From: a metagenome
Sequence record: TARA_SAMEA6002221_METAG-scaffold_45
Reading direction: 5' to 3' (one strand)
DNA: 32,000 bases
Numbering within the stretch: the stretch's first letter is position 1; each line of letters starts with the position of its first letter. A model generated the notes under the pieces. It was not told the DNA's origin. It made no database searches and worked only from the letters and a program-made list of their open reading frames with translations. Position numbers and translations under genes: made by a program. Shown piece after piece: positions 8,730 to 16,109 of this stretch.

Positions 8730-8980
8730 GACAGACTCGTGCAGACCATGAAGAGTAGGTTTTCAATGACCGTTCATGACTCAAAGTATCTCTATATATG
8801 GGTAAACAGTATGATTTACTATGATTTACACGTCTCTTCTCTCCTTTGTGCAATGGTGCAGCACCTCCTCCCCGCGCTTGACGCTTTGTTTTCCCTGTCG
8901 GTGAGTTATGACCCGTCAAGGTATCTTGAGTCATGAACGGTCATTGAAACCCTACTCTTCATGGTCTGCACGAGTCAGTC
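8730..8980. repeat. Long near-perfect inverted repeat (56-nt arms, 139-nt AT-richer spacer); MITE-like or hairpin element
   Basis: The arms are 8730-8785 and 8925-8980. The core 8734-8785 is the reverse complement of 8925-8976 with one mismatch (8760/8950). The spacer holds TCTATATATG (8791-8800) and tandem ATGATTTAC x2 (8811-8829). Both strands translate to the same SHERSLK.YSSWSARV peptide in the ORF track, which confirms the symmetry. Confidence 0.9.
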
Positions 8981-9217
8981 AACATCCACCATCCGTCGTG
9001 GCTGCGATGAGTCAAAATCCTCGAGTCGTGATCGGTGGTGGTTTTTTTTCACCGATCATGACTCGATGGGGTATGGGGACGCTGGGTCCCGCGCCCGACG
9101 GTCGTCGGATGGTTTCGAACGCGCGCGAGCTGGCGCGGTGGTCACGCGTCGACGCGCGCGCGCGCGAGAGAGAGGACGGTCGAGCGGGCGGTCGAGAGGG
9201 CGGTCGTCGTCGTCGGT

Positions 9218-12200
9218 ATGTCGGATGACGGCGCGGTGGTGGCGCCGGTGCGCGCGTGCGCGCTGTGTCCACCGCGAGCGCAGAGAAATCGACGCCCGCG
9301 CAAAACGCTCCGTCGATGTTTCGACGCGCTCGACGCCGACGACGTTGTCGGACCGATCCTGTGCGACGGGAGGGACGTCGTGCCGAAATACGCCCATCAG
9401 GCGTGCGCGCTGTGGTGTCCGGAGGTGTACTTCGACGCGAGGGTGGAGAAGTTGAAAAAGTTGGAGACGGCGCTCAGGCGGGCGAAACAAATCGCGTGCG
9501 CGTGGTGTAAAGGGCGCGGTGCGGCCATCGGGTGCGCGGTGGAGGCGTGTCCGAGGAGTTATCACTTGGAGTGCGCGCACGAGGCGGGGTGCTCATTCGT
9601 GCAGAGCGAATTTCTGTTGGCGTGTCCGAGACACGCGAGACGGTTGGCGCGCGAGCGCGCGGACGCGAGGTGGCAAGACGTGGGCGTGGAGGACGCGGAG
9701 GCGTTGAACAGAGAGGAGGAGGAGCGAGGAGAGGGCGAGACGCGAGACGCGAGGGGGGCGTCGACCTCGGGCGGCGTGGTGGAGGATGGCGCGAACGGTG
9801 TCGTCGCGGGGGCGAGCGGGCCGGCGGCGGCGGCGGTGGCGGCGGCGGGCGCGACGCCGATTTTGAATAGGATTCGAGCGGCGGCGGAGATCAGTCGAGG
9901 ACGGAAACGGAAGAAGAAGAATAAAAAACGGGTGAAATTGAACGACGACAAGTTCATGAACACGCACGAAGGGGCGGTTTACCGCGCCGTCATGGAGGCG
10001 GGCGTTCGATTACACGCCGAGAGGGAGAAGAGCACGGGCGCCATCGCGGACGACGACGAAGCGTTCAAGCTTCGGGAATCGCGACGATTGGAGAAGGATA
10101 AGAGCGAGATCCCGCGAGTCGTCGTCGGAGGCGGGCTCGGGACGTCCATCTATTCCCAAGGTTGGGAATCCCTCGCGGGCATGGAGGAGCACGTCAAGAC
10201 GCTCAAAGAGATGACCCTCTTGCCATTGACGTATCCGGAAATGTTTGAGAGTCTTGGTGCGGGCGCGGCGCGCGGCGTCCTCTTACACGGGCCTCCAGGC
10301 ACGGGTAAGACGGCGGCCGTGCGCGCGCTCCTCGGCGCCGCCGCGAAGGGTCCACGACCGATAAGCTTTTTCAGTCGTCTCGGTGCCGATTGCTTGGGCA
10401 AGTACAGCGGAGAAGCCGAGCGTAAGCTTCGTCTCTTGTTCGAAGAGGCTGAAAAGAGACAACCGAGCATCATATTCTTTGACGAAATCGACGGTTTAGC
10501 GCCCGCGCGTCGAGGTGGCGGCGGCTCCGGCGCGCAGGACGAGATTCACTCCTCCGTCGTCGCCACGCTGCTTGCGCTCATGGACGGCTTATCCGGCCGA
10601 GGCTCCGTCGTCGTCGTCGCGTCGACCAACCGACCAGACGCCGTCGATCCCGCGCTTCGACGACCAGGACGGTTCGATCGCGAGCTCTTCTTCGGACTTC
10701 CCGACGCGGACGCTCGAGCGAAGATTTTAGCCGTGCACACGCGCGCGTGGACGCCGCGTCCGAGTCGCGAGACGCTCGCCGCTGTCGCCGAGCGCACAGA
10801 GGGGTGCGCCGGCGCCGACTTGCGCGCGATCGCCAACGCCGCGCTCATGAGTGCGCTCATGCGCGCGTGTCCATCTCTGCTCAGCGGCGATCCCACGCGC
10901 GACTCCCTCGGCGCCGAACTCGAGGCGAGATTACCTCCGCCGGAGAGCGCCCTTCGAGCGCTCGAGGACGCGCGTCTGGCGGCGGCGGCGGGACACGTCG
11001 GCGCCAGAGTCTCGCTCGACCAATTCGACGCCCTCGCGACGCGCGTGCGCGTGCGTTGGCCTCTGGAGGACACCCATCACGACGCCACCATCGTCGGGTA
11101 CGATCGAAACGCCGTCAGTCATCGTTTACAGTACGACGATTCTAATCTCTTCACCGGCGAGGAGGTGTGGATGCAATTGTTTCGACCAAACGTCGACGTC
11201 GTCGTCTTACCAAACGACGTCGATGCGATCGACGGTTCGGCCAAGACGCGCGAGCGCGCGCTGGAGGCGCTCGAACGCGCTCGAGCGCTGGCGTGCAAGC
11301 ACAGAGAGAGTCGCGCCGAAGGCGTGTCCGTGTCTTCGCGCGACTGGACGAGAGCGCTGTCGACGTCTTCGAGCGCGTGTTCCGCGAGAAGCGCCGCCGC
11401 CGCGCTCGTGCCTCGAGGTAAATCGTTGGAGCACTTTTTGTGTCCGATGCTCGATCGCGTCGTGCGAGACGCCGTCGTGGAGTGCGTGAAGCGCGGCGCG
11501 CCGACGACGTCCAAGTGTTTGGCGGCGGTGGAGACGGCGCGCGCGGCGTCGGACGCGGCGGCGCTCGAGCGCGCGCTCGTTGACGCGGGCGCCGTGGCGG
11601 CGAGTCGAGGGACGAGCGATGCGTCGGCACCGAACGCATCGGACGCGTCGGACGGTGGTGATGATGCAGATGACGACGACGACGACGCCGCCGAAGAGAA
11701 AGAAAAGCTCGTGCCGAGCGACGATCGAGGGGGATGTCGAATACTCCTCGCCGGTCGCCCCGACGACGGTCAACGAGAAACCCTGGACGTCGTTCTCCAC
11801 GCCCTGAGCGGAACGTCCTCGCACCTGATCAATCTTCCCACGCTCATCTCTCACGGTGACGGCGACGCGGCGCGCGGCGTCGGACCGGCGCTGCTCGAAC
11901 CTCTTCGACAGGCGTCCAAGACGAAGACGACGCTCGTCATGCCGGATTTGGAATCGTGGGCGCTGGCGAGCTACGCCGAGACGGATGGCGAGGTCGTCGG
12001 CGTCACCACGAGCGCGCTGTGGGATCTCGTGCAGAGCACGGTCGCGGACTGTTACGTTCCAGCGAACGCGGGCGAGGGCGGACTGTACGTCGTTGGATCG
12101 GTGAACGCGCCGAGGGACGCCGTGCCGGGGGCGATTCGACACTTTTTCGAGTGCGCCGGCGTCGCGATGGACGTCGAGCCTCGTCTCGATGACGCCTCCG

Positions 12201-13039
12201 TCTTCGCGTGCGTCGATCGCGCCGCGCGTGAGATTGCGTCCGTAGACGTGCCGGCGGCGTACGACGACGCGAGACGTCGTATCGCCGCCAAGAGAGCGTC
12301 GGCGTCGGCGTCGGCGGCGCGAGCGTCTCGAGCGGCGAGCGTCGCGGCGGCGACGTCCGAGGTCGACACGAACGAAGCCGCGTGTGAGGCGCTTCGCGTG
12401 CGCGTCAGACGCTCTCGAGCCATAGTTCGCGCCGCCATCGCCAAGTGCACGAGAGAACTCTTCAAGACGCGTCGTTTCGATCGATTTTTCGATCGTTCCG
12501 AGCAAGCCGGAAGGCTGGCGCGACTGGCGCTCGATCGTAAAATCGGCGATCCTCATAAATTCATCAAGGATCTTCGCTCGTGCGCCAAGGCGTTGAAACC
12601 TCGGCGAAACACGCACTCGAATTTCCACAAACCCACCGCGTCTTTGGGATTCAGCGCGGTGGACACCCTCGAGAGCTGGTTTCACCTCGGCGTCTCCAAA
12701 CTCTACGCCGAGTATGCGGCGAGAGACGCCGAGTACGACGAAGCCTTAGCCGCGAGCGCCGAGGCCATCGCCTCCGCGCCCGACGCGCTTCCTTCACCCT
12801 CCACACCCATCGTCGAAGACGTTCAAGAGATCGAACGGACGCCCGAGCCCGTCCGCGGGTCCCCGCGTCCGCGTCTTCCCTTTGAAGACGTCTTCGAGGC
12901 GGCGCGCGCGGCGCTCCGCGCGCGCGTCGGCGATGCCTCCGCTCGCTCGCTCGACGACATCCATCGCGCGATACACGACGTGCGAATCCAATTCGTCGCC
13001 GACGAACGCGCTCGCGCGCTCGCGGGCGTCGGTCGATGA
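9218..13039 (+). CDS. Chromatin-type AAA+ ATPase (ATAD2/Yta7-like AAA module) with an N-terminal extended PHD zinc finger and an internal Tudor-like domain
   Basis: ATG at 9218. The Cys/His pattern CALCPP...HQACALWCPEV...CAWCKGRGAAIGCAVEACPRSYHLECAHEAGC is an ePHD. Walker A is GVLLHGPPGTGKT, Walker B is IIFFDEIDGLAP, followed by VVVVASTNRPDAVDPALRRPGRFDRE. The Tudor-like segment is RVRVRWPLEDTHHDATIVGYDRNAVSHRLQYDD (about 11044-11145). I saw no bromodomain signature. Confidence 0.8.
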   Translation: MSDDGAVVAPVRACALCPPRAQRNRRPRKTLRRCFDALDADDVVGPILCDGRDVVPKYAHQACALWCPEVYFDARVEKLKKLETALRRAKQIACAWCKGRGAAIGCAVEACPRSYHLECAHEAGCSFVQSEFLLACPRHARRLARERADARWQDVGVEDAEALNREEEERGEGETRDARGASTSGGVVEDGANGVVAGASGPAAAAVAAAGATPILNRIRAAAEISRGRKRKKKNKKRVKLNDDKFMNTHEGAVYRAVMEAGVRLHAEREKSTGAIADDDEAFKLRESRRLEKDKSEIPRVVVGGGLGTSIYSQGWESLAGMEEHVKTLKEMTLLPLTYPEMFESLGAGAARGVLLHGPPGTGKTAAVRALLGAAAKGPRPISFFSRLGADCLGKYSGEAERKLRLLFEEAEKRQPSIIFFDEIDGLAPARRGGGGSGAQDEIHSSVVATLLALMDGLSGRGSVVVVASTNRPDAVDPALRRPGRFDRELFFGLPDADARAKILAVHTRAWTPRPSRETLAAVAERTEGCAGADLRAIANAALMSALMRACPSLLSGDPTRDSLGAELEARLPPPESALRALEDARLAAAAGHVGARVSLDQFDALATRVRVRWPLEDTHHDATIVGYDRNAVSHRLQYDDSNLFTGEEVWMQLFRPNVDVVVLPNDVDAIDGSAKTRERALEALERARALACKHRESRAEGVSVSSRDWTRALSTSSSACSARSAAAALVPRGKSLEHFLCPMLDRVVRDAVVECVKRGAPTTSKCLAAVETARAASDAAALERALVDAGAVAASRGTSDASAPNASDASDGGDDADDDDDDAAEEKEKLVPSDDRGGCRILLAGRPDDGQRETLDVVLHALSGTSSHLINLPTLISHGDGDAARGVGPALLEPLRQASKTKTTLVMPDLESWALASYAETDGEVVGVTTSALWDLVQSTVADCYVPANAGEGGLYVVGSVNAPRDAVPGAIRHFFECAGVAMDVEPRLDDASVFACVDRAAREIASVDVPAAYDDARRRIAAKRASASASAARASRAASVAAATSEVDTNEAACEALRVRVRRSRAIVRAAIAKCTRELFKTRRFDRFFDRSEQAGRLARLALDRKIGDPHKFIKDLRSCAKALKPRRNTHSNFHKPTASLGFSAVDTLESWFHLGVSKLYAEYAARDAEYDEALAASAEAIASAPDALPSPSTPIVEDVQEIERTPEPVRGSPRPRLPFEDVFEAARAALRARVGDASARSLDDIHRAIHDVRIQFVADERARALAGVGR

Positions 13040-13153
13040 CCCGACGCGCGCGCGCGGGCTCGACCGCCGCCCAAAGTAGTTATACGCGCGAATGATTCAT
13101 TTATATTCATACCTCGACGCCACTCCCCCACTCGGCGACGCGCGCGCGCCACC

Positions 13154-13819
13154 ATGGGCGCCGTCGCGAGCGCGATGGCGTGCGCGTCGCCAACCCCCGC
13201 GGACGCCTCGAGCGCCGTCGTCGAGGTCACCGAGGTGGACCGGGCCGTGCTCGAGCTCAAGCGCACGAAATCCGCGCTCGAATCGCGCGCGCGCCGCGCT
13301 CGCGAGGACATCGCGCGAGACGTCGCCGCCGCGCGCGAGAACGTATCATCGTTTCCGATCGTCGCCAAGCGTCATCTGCGCGCCAAGCGCGCGCGGGAGG
13401 CGATGGTGGAGCGATTGCATGATTACGAGCTCGTCGTCGAGCGCGCGCTGTTGGAGCTCGACGCCGCGTTGATGACGTCAGAGACCGCGCGAGCGCTGCG
13501 CTCGGGGAGAGACGCGTTGGTGACGGTCACTCGCGCGTGCGAGGACGTGGACGAATTGATGCGCGATCTCGAGGGGGTGGGAAGATGGTTCGCCGCGGCG
13601 GGCGAAGACGTGCCGGTGCGAGACGAAGAAATCGAGGACGAGTACGCCGCGCTCGCGCGCGAGACGACGGAGCGCGCCATCTCGCGGGACGACGCGGACG
13701 CGGACATCGTCTCGTTTCCGAGCGTGCCCGCGTCCTCGATCGCGGCGTCGCGCGAGGAGACTGCGGAGGCGACGAAAGAGTCGCCGCGACGGGCGACGGC
13801 TGTCCCAAGTCCCGGATAG
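13154..13819 (+). CDS. CHMP6: ESCRT-III subunit CHMP6/VPS20 (Snf7 family)
   Basis: The start context is GCCACCATGG. The N-terminal MGAVAS is a myristoylation-type start. VTEVDRAVLELKRTKSALESRARRAREDIARD...AKRHLRAKRAREAMVERL...LLELDAALMTSETARALRSGRDAL...VDELMRDL and the acidic tail EEIEDEYAALARE match the VPS20/CHMP6 layout. Confidence 0.8.
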   Translation: MGAVASAMACASPTPADASSAVVEVTEVDRAVLELKRTKSALESRARRAREDIARDVAAARENVSSFPIVAKRHLRAKRAREAMVERLHDYELVVERALLELDAALMTSETARALRSGRDALVTVTRACEDVDELMRDLEGVGRWFAAAGEDVPVRDEEIEDEYAALARETTERAISRDDADADIVSFPSVPASSIAASREETAEATKESPRRATAVPSPG

Positions 13820-13851
13820 AGTCGTCCTCGCGAGAGGGCGACTCGCGCGCG

Positions 13852-15054
13852 ATGGGTCGAGCGACGCGCGCGATGTCGGGAGCGCCGAACGCGAGCGGGG
13901 AGAGACGCGCGTCGACGTCGAGGACGCGCGCGCGTCGAACGAGTCGCGCGCGCCGCGCGGGGGCGCCGACGTCGACGCGAAGGGGATGCTTTTTCGGGCG
14001 CTCGGACGCCGAGCAATGGCTCGCCGACGAACGTGGTGATGGCGACGGTGAGGACGCGGACGCGTCGTCGACGAGCGATGCGAGCGTGTCGTCGTCCATC
14101 GACGCCGCGTTCGCGAGCTTGGCGAGACGTAAGCGTGGATTGACGCTCTTCGAACGAGAGTTGGCCAAGGATGAGGACGACGTCGACGTGCTGGCGGCGG
14201 CGACGTTCATCGCCATGCACGCGAATCCCGACCTCGAAGTCGACGACGTGCGCGCGACCATCGATAATCTCGCGAAAATCGTCATGGAACGTCTGGACGC
14301 GGACGTCGAGGAGAGGTATCCGCTGCGAACGGTGAAGACTATTTCTCGCGCGTGGGCCACCGACTTGGGCTTTCGAGGCAACGTCGAGGACTATTACGAA
14401 GTGGAAAACTCGTGCATCGATCGCGTGCTCGAGCGAAAGACGGGAATTCCGATCACGCTGTGTTTGGTGTACATGGAAATCGCCAAACGGTGCGGCGTGG
14501 AGATGGTGGATGTGGGCATACCTGGTCACCTGTTGTGCAGACCCGTCACCGAGGGCATGGAGGTGCTCGTTGACGCGTTCAACCAGGGCGATTTGCTCTT
14601 CATCGAGGAAGTGGAGGACATCCTGAGCAGGAACTCTCTCTTGGTCACGGGCGAAGACGGCAAAGTGCAGATCGATCGCTCGTTTTTGACGGAGACCAAG
14701 GTGCGAAAAAAGGCGTTTCTCACGCGCATGCTCACCAATCTCAAAGCCGTCTACTTTGCGAGGGAGGATTACGAACGAGCGCTTCAAGTCGTCGAATACA
14801 TGCCGCTGTGCAACCCGTACGAATCGCTGAACGAACCGCTCACGCGCACGCTCGGGGTGTTGTATTTCAAGAACGAGCGATGGATGGACGCTCTCGAGAT
14901 GTTTTCCCAACTCGAGGTGTCGGACCCAGAGGTGGACGCGTACGTCGAGCGCATCTCTCGCGTCTTGGCGCTCGAGCGCGACGTCATCGGCGATGATACC
15001 GGCACCGACGCGAATGAGAACGCAAACGACGATGTAAACGGTACATTTGACTAG
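13852..15054 (+). CDS. SirB1/UPF0162-like protein (transglutaminase-like core 2 plus a TPR-like C-terminus) with a transit-peptide-like N-terminus
   Basis: The conserved block is RTVKTISRAWATDLGFRGNVEDYYEVENSCIDRVLERKTGIPITLCLVYMEIAKRCGVEMVDVGIPGHLL...VDAFNQGDL..., followed by FLTRMLTNLKAVYFAREDYERALQVVEYM. The first ATG downstream of the CHMP6 stop is 13852 (the next is 13873). The 5' part of ORF 13537.. overlaps CHMP6 and is rejected. Confidence 0.75.
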   Translation: MGRATRAMSGAPNASGERRASTSRTRARRTSRARRAGAPTSTRRGCFFGRSDAEQWLADERGDGDGEDADASSTSDASVSSSIDAAFASLARRKRGLTLFERELAKDEDDVDVLAAATFIAMHANPDLEVDDVRATIDNLAKIVMERLDADVEERYPLRTVKTISRAWATDLGFRGNVEDYYEVENSCIDRVLERKTGIPITLCLVYMEIAKRCGVEMVDVGIPGHLLCRPVTEGMEVLVDAFNQGDLLFIEEVEDILSRNSLLVTGEDGKVQIDRSFLTETKVRKKAFLTRMLTNLKAVYFAREDYERALQVVEYMPLCNPYESLNEPLTRTLGVLYFKNERWMDALEMFSQLEVSDPEVDAYVERISRVLALERDVIGDDTGTDANENANDDVNGTFD

Positions 15055-15096
15055 AAACCGCGACCGCTTTAGTATTCTTTAGTAGTACAACATTTG

Positions 15097-15690
15097 TCAG
15101 CACTGCCTCGCCCGCCGCGCGTTCAACTTTTTATTCTTCTTCTTCTTCTTCCTCGCCGCCGCACCGATTCGCTCGGGTTTCTCTCCTACATCCTCCCCAA
15201 CCTCCCGTCGCCTCTTCCCCGCGATCCCGACGTCCGAGCGTCCGTCGAAGGCGACCTTTCCGATCGTCCCGCCGCTCGTGCTCGCCCCGCCCGCGCGTTC
15301 GCTCGCCCTCTTCGCCGCCGCTCGATACGCCTCCACGTCCAGCGTCACCCGTCGCTCGATCTCCCGCTCGGGCATCACCCCGCGCACCTCGGGCACGCGC
15401 TCGAGCGCCGATCGCGAGTCCTCCTCCGCGCCCGCGCGCGCCTTCGCCGCCGCGTGCGCCGCCAACTTGGCGTCGATGAATGCGCGCTTCTTCAGGTACG
15501 TCTCCGTGCGCGCGCGCTTGTGCACCGCCTGGACGCGCGCGCTGTGCGCGTACTTTCGCGTCAGGCCCTTGGTGCGCGTGCCCTTGGGGCACGGCATCGT
15601 CGTCGCGTCGGCGTCTCTCGTCGTCGTCGTCGTCGTCTGGTCGCGCGCGTATCCAGCACCGGACCGGTGCGATGGTTTGTTCCTACTCAT
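15097..15690 (-). CDS. Basic Lys/Arg-rich protein of unknown function (possibly nucleolar)
   Basis: ATG at 15690. The 197-aa ORF has G/C-rich third positions, a C-terminal KKKKKNKK tract and an Ala/Arg/Glu-rich middle. I recognise no family signature. Confidence 0.5.
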   Translation of the reverse strand: MSRNKPSHRSGAGYARDQTTTTTTRDADATTMPCPKGTRTKGLTRKYAHSARVQAVHKRARTETYLKKRAFIDAKLAAHAAAKARAGAEEDSRSALERVPEVRGVMPEREIERRVTLDVEAYRAAAKRASERAGGASTSGGTIGKVAFDGRSDVGIAGKRRREVGEDVGEKPERIGAAARKKKKKNKKLNARRARQC

Positions 15691-15807
15691 ATCTATTGTG
15701 TACGAACCATAGGTCCGAGACCTGTGTAACTGTGTGTTATTTTCTGTATGTTCTCATATGGGATTTCATACGTTATGTACTGGTCCATCGGTCCGATGTT
15801 GTGTGCA

Positions 15808-15827
15808 CGAATCGAATCGAATCGAAT
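15808..15827. repeat. (CGAAT)4 microsatellite in a divergent promoter
   Basis: cgaatcgaatcgaatcgaat, followed by cgatcg. It lies between the ATGs at 15690 (-) and 16110 (+). Confidence 0.85.
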
Positions 15828-16109
15828 CGATCGTCGCGCCCGATCCGATCCGCACACGCGCGACGGCGACGATGCGCGTCGTCGTCGGCGCCTCGCGCGC
15901 GCCCGATGGGTTACTCTGTGAGATCATGTGCGTCGACGCCAGACGCGAGGGCGACGAGCGATGAGGCGGTGTCGATCGTTTTGAAGACTGACGAACGGTT
16001 GTGATGTGATTGCGCGCGCAGGCGAGATAAATTGCGGTCGCGATCGACGTGGTTGGAGGGAGAGACGACGGTGGGGACGTCGGAGGCGGAGACGGTGACG
16101 ACGCCGACG

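Noticed and set aside
8500-8934. N-terminal 145 codons of ORF 7537..8934 (-), and ORF 8908..9228 (+), both containing SHERSLK.YSSWSARV.
   Set aside because: The shared peptide is simply the two arms of the inverted repeat read on opposite strands. The composition is AT-richer and unlike the local coding sequence, and the conserved Utp12-like protein starts downstream.
9004-9011. GCGATGAG octamers (like the fungal PAC ribosome-biogenesis element) at 9004-9011 and 15958-15965 in promoters.
   Set aside because: The same octamer also occurs inside coding sequence (for example 24093-24100). Two intergenic hits of an 8-mer in 32 kb are at chance level, and PAC is only established in fungi.
13537-13851. 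5' extension of ORF 13537..15054, overlapping the CHMP6 coding sequence in another frame.
   Set aside because: The translation is Arg/Gly-rich junk (MRGRGRIDARSRGGGK...). The CHMP6 frame has clear Snf7-family signal, and an in-frame ATG sits just after the CHMP6 stop.
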